Source of the DNA: Yuukianura sp. NJ FZ-2021
Taxonomy: Eukaryota
Assembly: GCA_046563655.1 (NCBI GenBank)
Contig: CM102290.1
Coordinates: 10,912,001-10,976,000, forward strand
Direction of reading: 5' to 3'
Length of the DNA: 64,000 nucleotides
How positions within the stretch are numbered: position 1 is the first letter of the stretch; each line of letters starts with the position of its first letter. Of this stretch, positions 34,139-50,638 are shown piece by piece. The notes beneath the pieces are model-generated. The model saw only the letters and a program-made list of their open reading frames with translations. It did no database searches and was not told the origin of the DNA. A program made the translations under genes and the position numbers.

Positions 34139-34836
34139 AAAGGCTCTTTTGATAAGTTTTTCGCTCTGTTTCCTCTTACGTTTCACATCTCCCACGGTAG
34201 ATTCAAAATTTCACGCCAAGTTTTCTGCCATTGTTACCGACTCCTGCAAAAATTTGGGGCGATGTTCACTCCAAGTCTGTCGCTCAGTTCAAGGCCTCTG
34301 GACTCTGCCAAATCCGCTACTTTGTTCAACAGTTCTTTATCGACTCGGCGCAGAGAATCCAAGTGGAAGTTGACAACAGGCGAGAGACATTTGATTGCAA
34401 GTTCAGCGTAAAGGGGAGAGGGGACAAGTACTTGCTCCAGTGCTGGAATCATTTGATGAACGTAGGAAACCGGAAGTAGCATAATGCTTTGTTCCAACTC
34501 TACTGCCTTGATAGTACTTAAACTTAGCACTTTGGTCATGAAATCATTCAGTGTCTCAGCACCGTAGGCTTGCAGGAGAGGGTGTTCGTCGGCACTGTCT
34601 TTGAATACATCAAGGAGCTTCGATGAGTTTGTCAGCCTGTTCAGACCAAATTCGAAATTTTCAAAAAAAATCTTTTCTAGAAGTTGCAAATTTTGGAATT
34701 AGTTTTTGGAAATTACCATTTTTTCAGTATCAGCTGTTTGTAGACTTGGTAGATTTGGATTTTTAGTGATGGCTTCTTTCTCCATGTCATCTTCCCTCTC
34801 TCGTTCTCGTTCATCTTTTTCCAAACACGAATTAAC
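34139..34836 (-). pseudogene. WDR3: Truncated, frameshifted 3' fragment of WDR3/Utp12 (Dip2/Utp12 C-terminal domain)
   Basis: LIRVWKK..EREREREDDMEKE; ADKLIEA/LDVF (+1 frameshift); HPLLQAYG...IKAVELEQSIMLLPVSYV...ELAIKCL...LGVNIA; KRKRKQSEKLI resemble the WDR3 C-terminus. An intron is retained (34716-34637), the tail is broken by a frame change and a stop, and the WD40 repeats are absent. Confidence 0.8.
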
Positions 34837-34978
34837 TGTTAAGGTGTGATTTGTGTTTCCGATGCACGAATATGAACAATAACAATTTGAAAGTAAACAT
34901 GATAAGCACATGGAGCAACCAATCGGGTATGTCTATTCCTCCGAAAACCAGATATTTCAGACTGCCGATTCGCAGGTT

Positions 34979-37900
34979 TTTACGAGTGTTATATTATAGG
35001 CATTATGTTACGAGTGTGGATAATATTTTTATCCGGTTTTATCCATAGGGACGGTTTTAGAAATCATGGGAAAAAAACTTGAAAAAATAAGGAATTTGAA
35101 ATAGCGAATAGTCACGTCAATTTGCAATTGTGTAACAGGTCAACCAGGCATTTCTTTTCTCAGATTTTCAAAATTTGGGATTAATTTCGAATTTAGTTTT
35201 TGGCAACTCGAATCTCAACTTAAAAAATTTACTTAACGTATCCGAAATTTCTTAAAACGTAAAAAGGGAAAACAATTCCTTTCTAAATAATATTTCTAAA
35301 TTTTTTACTAAACCTTCTCTGCACCATCACTTAGGAACACATACTAAATCCCACAACCGAAACCTACGGAATCACTTCTTGGCGAATGTGTCCAGGCACA
35401 GATCGTTTCAAAGTCTCAATCCGCATTGGTTCGGGGATGTGGTAAAAAACTTAGTCCCTGTGTCTCTTGCTTGAATGCGCAGCAGAAGTGTTATTATTAG
35501 AGTTAACGAGACTTGACTTGACATTTAACGGGACTTTCGGTTTTTTTCCTATACGCTAGAACATACGGCATTGTAGTAGACTGGGCGCGAAGACGGATCG
35601 AGGCTTGCAAGTAGCTGTTCAGGTGACACAGGGCAGGGAGGGGTGTGAATCTCTCTCGGTGAGTCCGGAGTGTGCCAGTTCGAGTGAACTGGGGCCGGAA
35701 TCTCGAGCGTAGTCATTGACTAGTCCTCTGTCGTATGGATCTTCGTGTAGACTAATTCCGAATTTAGTTTTTCACAAGTCGAATCTCAACTTAAAAAATT
35801 TACTTAACGTATCCGAAATTTCTTAAAACGCAAAAAGGGAAAACAACTCCTTTCTAAATAATATTTCTAAATTTTTTACTAAACCTTCTCTGCACCATCA
35901 CTTAGGAACACATACTAAATCCCACAACCGAAACCTACGGAATCACTTCTTGGCGAATGTGTCCAGGCACAGATCGTTTCAAAGTCTCAATCCGCATTGG
36001 TTCGGGGATGTGGTAAAAAACTTAGTCCCTGTGTCTCTTGCTTGAATGCGCAGCAGAAGTGTTATTATTAAAGTTAACGAGACTTTTACGAGTGTTATAT
36101 TATAGGCATTATGTTACTAGTGTGGATAATATTTTTATCCGGTTTTATCCATAGGGACGGTTTTAGAAATCATGGGAAGAAAACTTGAAAAAATAAGGAA
36201 TTTGAAATAGCGAATAGTCACGTCAATTTGCAATTGTGTAACAGGTCAACCAGGCATTTCTTTTCTCAGATTTTCAAAATTTGGGATTAATTTCGAATTT
36301 AGTTTTTGGCAACTCGAATCTCAACTTAAAAAATTTACTTAACGTATCCGAAATTTCTTAAAACGTAAAAAGGGAAAACAATTCCTTTCTAAATAATATT
36401 TCTAAATTTTTTACTAAACCTTCTCTGCACCATCACTTAGGAACACATACTAAATCCCACAACCGAAACCTACGGAATCACTTCTTGGCGAATGTGTCCA
36501 GGCACAGATCGTTTCAAAGTCTCAATCCGCATTGGTTCGGGGATGTGGTAAAAAACTTAGTCCCTGTGTCTCTTGCTTGAATGCGCAGCAGAAGTGTTAT
36601 TATTAGAGTTAACGAGACTTGACTTGACATTTAACGGGACTTTCGGTTTTTTCCTATACGCTAGAACATACGGCATTGTAGTAGACTGGGCGCGAAGACG
36701 GATCGAGGCTTGCAAGTAGCTGTTCAGGTGACACAGGGCAGGGAGGGGTGTGAATCTCTCTCGGTGAGTCCGGAGTGTGCCAGTTCGAGTGAACTGGGGC
36801 CGGAATCTCGAGCGTAGTCATTGACTAGTCCTCTGTCGTATGGATCTTCGTGTAGACTAATTCCGAATTTAGTTTTTCACAAGTCGAATCTCAACTTAAA
36901 AAATTTACTTAACGTATCCGAAATTTCTTAAAACGCAAAAAGGGAAAACAACTCCTTTCTAAATAATATTTCTAAATTTTTTACTAAACCTTCTCTGCAC
37001 CATCACTTAGGAACACATACTAAATCCCACAACCGAAACCTACGGAATCACTTCTTGGCGAATGTGTCCAGGCACAGATCGTTTCAAAGTCTCAATCCGC
37101 ATTGGTTCGGGGATGTGGTAAAAAACTTAGTCCCTGTGTCTCTTGCTTGAATGCGCAGCAGAAGTGTTATTATTAAAGTTAACGAGACTTTTACGAGTGT
37201 TATATTATAGGCATTATGTTACTAGTGTGGATTATATTTTTATCCGGTTTTATCCATAGGGACGGTTTTAGAAATCATGGGAAGAAAACTTGAAAAAATA
37301 AGGAATTTGAAATAGCGAATAGTCACGTCAATTTGCAATTGTGTAACAGGTCAACCAGGCATTTCTTTTCTCAGATTTTCAAAATTTGGGATTAATTTCG
37401 AATTTAGTTTTTGGCAACTCGAATCTCAACTTAAAAAATTTACTTAACGTATCCGAAATTTCTTAAAACGTAAAAAGGGAAAACAATTCCTTTCTAAATA
37501 ATATTTCTAAATTTTTTACTAAACCTTCTCTGCACCATCACTTAGGAACACATACTAAATCCCACAACCGAAACCTACGGAATCACTTCTTGGCGAATGT
37601 GTCCAGGCACAGATCGTTTCAAAGTCTCAATCCGCATTGGTTCGGGGATGTGGTAAAAAACTTAGTCCCTGTGTCTCTTGCTTGAATGCGCAGCAGAAGT
37701 GTTATTATTAGAGTTAACGAGACTTGACTTGACATTTAACGGGACTTTCGGTTTTTTCCTATACGCTAGAACATACGGCATTGTAGTAGACATGGGCGCG
37801 AAGACGGATCGAGGCTTGCAAGTAGCTGTTCAGGAATTTGACACAGGGCAGGGAGGGGTGTGAATCTCTCTCGGTGAGTCCGGAGTGTGCCAGTTCGAGT

Positions 37901-40900
37901 GAACTGGGGCCGGAATCTCGAGCGTAGTCATTGACTAGTCCTCTGTCGTATGGATCTTCGTGTAGACTAATTCCGAATTTAGTTTTTCACAAGTCGAATC
38001 TCAACTTAAAAAATTTACTTAACGTATCCGAAATTTCTTAAAACGCAAAAAGGGAAAACAACTCCTTTCTAAATAATATTTCTAAATTTTTTACTAAACC
38101 TTCTCTGCACCATCACTTAGGAACACATACTAAATCCCACAACCGAAACCTACGGAATCACTTCTTGGCGAATGTGTCCAGGCACAGATCGTTTCAAAGT
38201 CTCAATCCGCATTGGTTCGGGGATGTGGTAAAAAACTTAGTCCCTGTGTCTCTTGCTTGAATGCGCAGCAGAAGTGTTATTATTAGAGTTAACGAGACTT
38301 GACTTGACATTTAACGGGACTTTCGGTTTTTTTCCTATACGCTAGAACATACGGCATTGTAGTAGACTGGGCGCGAAGACGGATCGAGGCTTGCAAGTAG
38401 CTGTTCAGGTGACACAGGGCAGGGAGGGGTGTGAATCTCTCTCGGTGAGTCCGGAGTGTGCCAGTTCGAGTGAACTGGGGCCGGAATCTCGAGCGTAGTC
38501 ATTGACTAGTCCTCTGTCGTATGGATCTTCGTGTAGACTAATTCCGAATTTAGTTTTTCACAAGTCGAATCTCAACTTAAAAAATTTACTTAACGTATCC
38601 GAAATTTCTTAAAACGCAAAAAGGGAAAACAACTCCTTTCTAAATAATATTTCTAAATTTTTTACTAAACCTTCTCTGCACCATCACTTAGGAACACATA
38701 CTAAATCCCACAACCGAAACCTACGGAATCACTTCTTGGCGAATGTGTCCAGGCACAGATCGTTTCAAAGTCTCAATCCGCATTGGTTCGGGGATGTGGT
38801 AAAAAACTTAGTCCCTGTGTCTCTTGCTTGAATGCGCAGCAGAAGTGTTATTATTAAAGTTAACGAGACTTTTACGAGTGTTATATTATAGGCATTATGT
38901 TACGAGTGTGGATAATATTTTTATCCGGTTTTATCCATAGGGACGGTTTTAGAAATCATGGGAAAAAAACTTGAAAAAATAAGAAATTTGAAATAGCGAA
39001 TAGTCACGTCAATTTGCAATTGTGTAACAGGTCAACCAGGCATTTCTTTTCTCAGATTTTCAAAATTTGGGATTAATTTCGAATTTAGTTTTTGGCAACT
39101 CGAATCTCAACTTAAAAAATTTACTTAACGTATCCGAAATTTCTTAAAACGTAAAAAGGGAAAACAACTCCTTTCTAAATAATATTTCTAAATTTTTTAC
39201 TAAACCTTCTCTGCACCATCACTTAGGAACACATACTAAATCCCACAACCGAAACCTACGGAATCACTTCTTGGCGAATGTGTCCAGGCACAGATCGTTT
39301 CAAAGTCTCAATCCGCATTGGTTCGGGGATGTGGTAAAAAACTTAGTCCCTGTGTCTCTTGCTTGAATGCGCAGCAGAAGTGTTATTATTAGAGTTAACG
39401 AGACTTGACTTGACATTTAACGGGACTTTCGGTTTTTTTCCTATACGCTAGAACATACGGCATTGTAGTAGACTGGGCGCGAAGACGGATCGAGGCTTGC
39501 AAGTAGCTGTTCAGGTGACACAGGGCAGGGAGGGGTGTGAATCTCTCTCGGTGAGTCCGGAGTGTGCCAGTTCGAGTGAACTGGGGCCGGAATCTCGAGC
39601 GTAGTCATTGACTAGTCCTCTGTCGTATGGATCTTCGTGTAGACTAATTCCGAATTTAGTTTTTCACAAGTCGAATCTCAACTTAAAAAATTTACTTAAC
39701 GTATCCGAAATTTCTTAAAACGCAAAAAGGGAAAACAACTCCTTTCTAAATAATATTTCTAAATTTTTTACTAAACCTTCTCTGCACCATCACTTAGGAA
39801 CACATACTAAATCCCACAACCGAAACCTACGGAATCACTTCTTGGCGAATGTGTCCAGGCACAGATCGTTTCAAAGTCTCAATCCGCATTGGTTCGGGGA
39901 TGTGGTAAAAAACTTAGTCCCTGTGTCTCTTGCTTGAATGCGCAGCAGAAGTGTTATTATTAAAGTTAACGAGACTTGACTTGACATTTAACGGGACTTT
40001 CGGTTTTTTCCTATACGCTAGAACATACGGCATTGTAGTAGACTGGGCGCGAAGACGGATCGAGGCTTGCAAGTAGCTGTTCAGGTGACACAGGGCAGGG
40101 AGGGGTGTGAATCTCTCTCGGTGAGTCCGGAGTGTGCCAGTTCGAGTGAACTGGGGCCGGAATCTCGAGCGTAGTCATTGACTAGTCCTCTGTCGTATGG
40201 ATCTTCGTGTAGACTAATTCCGAATTTAGTTTTTCACAAGTCGAATCTCAACTTAAAAAATTTACTTAACGTATCCGAAATTTCTTAAAACGCAAAAAGG
40301 GAAAACAACTCCTTTCTAAATAATATTTCTAAATTTTTTACTAAACCTTCTCTGCACCATCACTTAGGAACACATACTAAATCCCACAACCGAAACCTAC
40401 GGAATCACTTCTTGGCGAATGTGTCCAGGCACAGATCGTTTCAAAGTCTCAATCCGCATTGGTTCGGGGATGTGGTAAAAAACTTAGTCCCTGTGTCTCT
40501 TGCTTGAATGCGCAGCAGAAGTGTTATTATTAAAGTTAACGAGACTTGACTTGACATTTAACGGGACTTTCGGTTTTTTCCTATACGCTAGAACATACGG
40601 CATTGTAGTAGACTGGGCGCGAAGACGGATCGAGGCTTGCAAGTAGCTGTTCAGGTGACACAGGGCAGGGAGGGGTGTGAATCTCTCTCGGTGAGTCCGG
40701 AGTGTGCCAGTTCGAGTGAACTGGGGCCGGAATCTCGAGCGTAGTCATTGACTAGTCCTCTGTCGTATGGATCTTCGTGTAGACTAATTCCGAATTTAGT
40801 TTTTCACAAGTCGAATCTCAACTTAAAAAATTTACTTAACGTATCCGAAATTTCTTAAAACGCAAAAAGGGAAAACAACTCCTTTCTAAATAATATTTCT

Positions 40901-43090
40901 AAATTTTTTACTAAACCTTCTCTGCACCATCACTTAGGAACACATACTAAATCCCACAACCGAAACCTACGGAATCACTTCTTGGCGAATGTGTCCAGGC
41001 ACAGATCGTTTCAAAGTCTCAATCCGCATTGGTTCGGGGATGTGGTAAAAAACTTAGTCCCTGTGTCTCTTGCTTGAATGCGCAGCAGAAGTGTTATTAT
41101 TAAAGTTAACGAGACTTGACTTGACATTTAACGGGACTTTCGGTTTTTTCCTATACGCTAGAACATACGGCATTGTAGTAGACTGGGCGCGAAGACGGAT
41201 CGAGGCTTGCAAGTAGCTGTTCAGGTGACACAGGGCAGGGAGGGGTGTGAATCTCTCTCGGTGAGTCCGGAGTGTGCCAGTTCGAGTGAACTGGGGCCGG
41301 AATCTCGAGCGTAGTCATTGACTAGTCCTCTGTCGTATGGATCTTCGTGTAGACTAATTCCGAATTTAGTTTTTCACAAGTCGAATCTCAACTTAAAAAA
41401 TTTACTTAACGTATCCGAAATTTCTTAAAACGCAAAAAGGGAAAACAACTCCTTTCTAAATAATATTTCTAAATTTTTTACTAAACCTTCTCTGCACCAT
41501 CACTTAGGAACACATACTAAATCCCACAACCGAAACCTACGGAATCACTTCTTGGCGAATGTGTCCAGGCACAGATCGTTTCAAAGTCTCAATCCGCATT
41601 GGTTCGGGGATGTGGTAAAAAAACTTAGTCCCTGTGTCTCTTGCTTGAATGCGCAGCAGAAGTGTCATTATTAAAGTTAACGAGACTTGACTTGACATTT
41701 AACGGGACTTTCGGTTTTTTTCCTATACGCTAGAACATACGGCATTGTAGTAGACTGGGCGCGAAGACGGATCGAGGCTTGCAAGTAGCTGTTCAGGTGA
41801 CACAGGGCAGGGAGGGGTGTGAATCTCTCTCGGTGAGTCCGGAGTGTGCCAGTTCGAGTGAACTGGGGCCGGAATCTCGAGCGTAGTCATTGACTAGTCC
41901 TCTGTCGTATGGATCTTCGTGTAGACTAATTCCGAATTTAGTTTTTCACAAGTCGAATCTCAACTTAAAAAATTTACTTAACGTATCCGAAATTTCTTAA
42001 AACGCAAAAAGGGAAAACAACTCCTTTCTAAATAATATTTCTAAATTTTTTACTAAACCTTCTCTGCACCATCACTTAGGAACACATACTAAATCCCACA
42101 ACCGAAACCTACGGAATCACTTCTTGGCGAATGTGTCCAGGCACAGATCGTTTCAAAGTCTCAATCCGCATTGGTTCGGGGATGTGGTAAAAAACTTAGT
42201 CCCTGTGTCTCTTGCTTGAATGCGCAGCAGAAGTGTTATTATTAAAGTTAACGAGACTTGACTTGACATTTAACGGGACTTTCGGTTTTTTCCTATACGC
42301 TAGAACATACGGCATTGTAGTAGACTGGGCGCGAAGACGGATCGAGGCTTGCAAGTAGCTGTTCAGGTGACACAGGGCAGGGAGGGGTGTGAATCTCTCT
42401 CGGTGAGTCCGGAGTGTGCCAGTTCGAGTGAACTGGGGCCGGAATCTCGAGCGTAGTCATTGACTAGTCCTCTGTCGTATGGATCTTCGTGTAGACTAAT
42501 TCCGAATTTAGTTTTTCACAAGTCGAATCTCAACTTAAAAAATTTACTTAACGTATCCGAAATTTCTTAAAACGCAAAAAGGGAAAACAACTCCTTTCTA
42601 AATAATATTTCTAAATTTTTTACTAAACCTTCTCTGCACCATCACTTAGGAACACATACTAAATCCCACAACCGAAACCTACGGAATCACTTCTTGGCGA
42701 ATGTGTCCAGGCACAGATCGTTTCAAAGTCTCAATCCGCATTGGTTCGGGGATGTGGTAAAAAACTTAGTCCCTGTGTCTCTTGCTTGAATGCGCAGCAG
42801 AAGTGTTATTATTAGAGTTAACGAGACTTGACTTGACATTTAACGGGACTTTCGGTTTTTTTCCTATACGCTAGAACATACGGTATTGTTGTATGGATCT
42901 TGTGTATTAATGGGACTTTCGGTTTTTTTTTAATTGACTTATCTTTTGTTGAATTGATCTTCGTGTATATTTAACGGGACTTTTGGTTTTTTTTCTTAAA
43001 CGCTAGAACATACGGCAGTAGATATCTTTTGTTGTATGGGTCTTCGTGTATTTTTAATGTGACTTTCGGTATTTTTTGCTTATACGCTAG
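34979..43090. repeat. Higher-order tandem array: 570-bp (A+B) and ~1105-bp (C+A+B+A) units
   Basis: 14 copies of A (~330 bp), 10 full plus 1 partial copy of B (~240 bp) and 4 copies of C (~205 bp), nearly identical. Decays into ACGGGACTTTCGGTTTTT subrepeats at 42840-43090. Confidence 0.97.
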
Positions 43091-44514
43091 AGGGACCACA
43101 CCCTGCACAACATACAAGAAACTTAAATCTGGTATGTTATGCACAAAGGGACCATTGCACTACGGTCTACCGTGTTGCCCGGTACTGATGACGACAGCAG
43201 TCAGAAACCGTATTAACTTGCGATTCTTTGCTTTTCTAAAGTAGTTTTGGTAACTTTAGGACACTTCAGATGGACAGAGTGACATAGGAACTCATAAAGT
43301 AGCTTTTGTAAGTCTGATAGATGGACAGAGTGACATAGAGGGACTCATGTCTTCTGAGTACTTTAGTAGTACATTTAGAATGCTTGCAGCCTTTTTCGAA
43401 GTTGCAGCTTTTTAAACATGCTAAATGTATGCAAAACTTGCAGCCTTTTCCCATGCCCTTAACATATAGGAAAAGTTGCAGCTTTTTAGACCGAGCCTGA
43501 CAAAACTAATCAACTTCTCCCAGTTCCGGTAGCGGTAATCAATAATTCAATACTAGACCCATCAACTTTAAGGAACATGCGGATGTAGTGGTCTACCTAG
43601 AGCTATGTAATTCCTTCGCCAATCAATTCAGAATGATCCAAAGAATATTTTAAGCCAAAAAACCAAAAAATTTTGTATGTCATTTCCAAGGGCCTCATTC
43701 GTATTGTGTAAAAATGTTGTACTGTCGCACCATCACAACTTCGTTTTTTTTTGTGGCCAAAATAAGCACGTAAACCGAAACCCTTCTATCCGTGATTTTC
43801 TCAAAATTTCGAAAAGTTTGAAGATGCGTTGTGTCATGTGTGCAAAATTTTTTGGAAATTGCAAAACGAAACTAATTCAGCAGCGAGAGTGTTACAAATC
43901 GTTGCAAAATTGAGTTTTCTAAAAAAAAAAAAAAATTAACAATTCTTTTCTTTGTTTTCCTAAACACCAGTTGAAATTTAAAGGAACCCAGTCCATGTAT
44001 TTAATACGGAGTCACGACATCTGAATTTTTTTATTTTTATTAGGTGTTTTTAAATTCTATTTTCCCCGAGATTTTTACTTCAGTTTAAACTCTTTAATTA
44101 GCTGAAAGTTAATTAGTTGGAAAACCTTGGCTTATCTATTGAAAAACTTCAGGAATGAGTTGTTGTAAAGGCCACAACGGACGGACGTACGGAGATGGAC
44201 AAAACGATCCCTAATAAACTATCAATTGCTAAAAAGTAGTAATAACAAACGATTAACGTAAAACAACGAAAGGTCGGTCAAGAATAAGCAAAATGATCAA
44301 ATCCACATTGAAAAACGCATGCAGTGTAATTATTATAAACTTGTTAATAATTATTTTTCAATTATCTATCGAATAAGTGCTTATTGTTATTGCAGGAAGT
44401 AAACGTTAATGAAAATTAAATTACTAAAGTTTTCAGGTGACTTTTAGTGGTTTGTTTAGCATTTTCATTCTTTTTTGCGGCAATATTGGCTTCCATACTT
44501 AGAAAACTGTTTCT

Positions 44515-44756
44515 TACGACTAACAATGAATGAATTAACTATTAATTACTAATACGACTAACAATGAATGAATTAAGTATTAATTACTAATGTATACGAC
44601 TAAGACAATGAATTAAGTATTAATTACTAATGTATACGACTAACAATGAATGAATTAAGTATTAATTACTAATGTATACGACTAACAATGAATGAATTAA
44701 GAATCTATTAATTACTAATGTTATACGACTAACAATGAACTATTAATTACTAATGT
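44515..44756. repeat. AT-rich minisatellite, about 6 x 37-43 bp
   Basis: TACGACTAACAATGAATGAATTAAGTATTAATTACTAATG repeated, about 350 bp upstream of the PHF8-like ATG. Confidence 0.9.
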
Positions 44757-45096
44757 AGTGGAATTCCAAAGGCGCGGAGCATGATGAGAGTCTCATCATG
44801 AGACCTCGAAAATTATGATTTCTTACGGTCGACATGCCATATTTTCACGCTTTTGGTGATACATGCTCAGTGATGTCAAGAAATGTGCAAAGTAGTTAAA
44901 ATTTCTAGCGCCAAGTTCAAACTCTATTTTTGCGTTTAGTTTTTGTTTGGACTTTTTATTTGTTTGGATTTTTTTTACTTCGGTCTTCTCGGGGTCATTC
45001 ACTCCTCCGCTCCGTTGTCTCGGATTTTTCCAGTGTCCACTTTGTCCATTGTTATATCGTTTGTTTCTGGAGGAGTGCGCTTCAGTGTTATCCACC

Positions 45097-49214
<4,118 letters not shown>

Positions 49215-50625
49215 GAAACGAGGAGGGGAGCAGTATTCAGTAATTTATCCAGAACTCCCTCTTTGCAATCACTTTCATCACAGTACAAAACAAAAGGAAG
49301 AAAAATACAAGAAATCATAGCATATTGAGAAGCACAAATCAAACCAGGCTTAGGGTATCGCACTTCAAGAAAAGCAGGCGGCCATTCTACAAGAAACGTT
49401 GCAAATCTCTCAAGCTAAACTTAATTTTATCAAAAATCAAGAGTATATTATACTTATTTTACGGTATAATTTTATCCTAGGATAAACCTATTTCCAAAAT
49501 TTGTTGTTGAGGTGTCATATTTGTTGAATAGTGAAAACTTAAATTATTTATGGATTTTGCGAAAGTATTACTACAAACTAATTTTAAAAGGCGGATGGAG
49601 TGAAGTGGTGAGGAATGTTCTGAAACTTTTGATTTTAATGAAGGGAACAGTGGTGAAAGTTGGATCTTTGAAAATGTCTTTTGTTTTTCTCTTGTAGACT
49701 TGGATTCCTTCCTTTGAGGAAGGAGACGCGGAAGTGACGACGACTACTGCTTCTTCCAGTGCTACGACTGAGTTTTGGTGTAGTTAGGCCGTAAAAGTGT
49801 GGGAGATTAGAAATTGTTTCAATGTTGGAGCCGCACTCCGTCCGAAGTTGAACAGGAAAAGCGTTCTTCGTCTTGAGAGAGAAGAAGGGATTTGATGGGA
49901 AATTCTTTTCTGGTTCCATCATCATCATCATCATTAAACTTTCCTTTTCAGCGCTTCAATCTCTTCAAAAAACCGGAAAGTCCTTCAACCCAAGAAGTCA
50001 CTTTTTGGATTTTAGTCCTTTCGTCTTCTTGTCTTTCAGGCGACTGAACAACTTGTTCGTTGCGTCGTCGAACTTTTAGAATCGTGTTTTTTCACTCAAC
50101 ACTTTGAAAGTTAAAGTCAACTACACAATTTCCCAATACTGCACTCCACAGTATTATTGCAAACTTGGAGGAAATTTTCAAATTCATGCGGTTTCAAAAT
50201 TTAGTTGTCGGTTGCTTCGTATCGACTTCTAACGTAAAGTCAACGCGAACAGAAGGAAACTACGCAGTGACGAAGAAAGTGATCGGTTCCGCGATTTTGA
50301 AAAATTCTGCATTTTTTAAAAAAATCGTTTAAAACTTGATTGCAGGTTTTCGTTCGTTAAATCGTTCGATATACGTTCTGATCTAATTTCAGTTTCAAAA
50401 TTTTCAATTTCAAGTATGAACAAGGGCTGAACCTGAAATTTGCTAAATTGCGTGAAAGTGACGAAATTTTGATGACATTTGTCTTTGTGCATTTTTGGAG
50501 GAAATTTTGATGACATTGCACAATGGGTTGACTAAAGTTGGCTGAGTTTGCCCTACACCAAAACATAACTTGCCCACTGACGTTAAGTTTTGGTTAGGGT
50601 AGTCAGGGCTTTTGAGTAGATCGTG

Positions 50626-50638
50626 AGGTCAAAGGTCA
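50626..50638 (+). promoter_or_regulatory. Nuclear-receptor DR1 element
   Basis: AGGTCAaAGGTCA. Confidence 0.45.

Noticed and set aside
35314..35469. Module A peptide as a Mutator transposase fragment
   Set aside because: The resemblance (D..G.G....Y.FL) is too short and needs assumed frameshifts; it cannot be supported without a profile search.
37678..37863. Plus-strand 61-aa ORF in the array
   Set aside because: Non-ATG start and antisense to the better-supported minus-strand exon-like frame.
44120..44220. Helentron/DINE-like element suggested by CGGACGGACG
   Set aside because: Only a short tetranucleotide run; no subterminal inverted repeats or hairpin identified.
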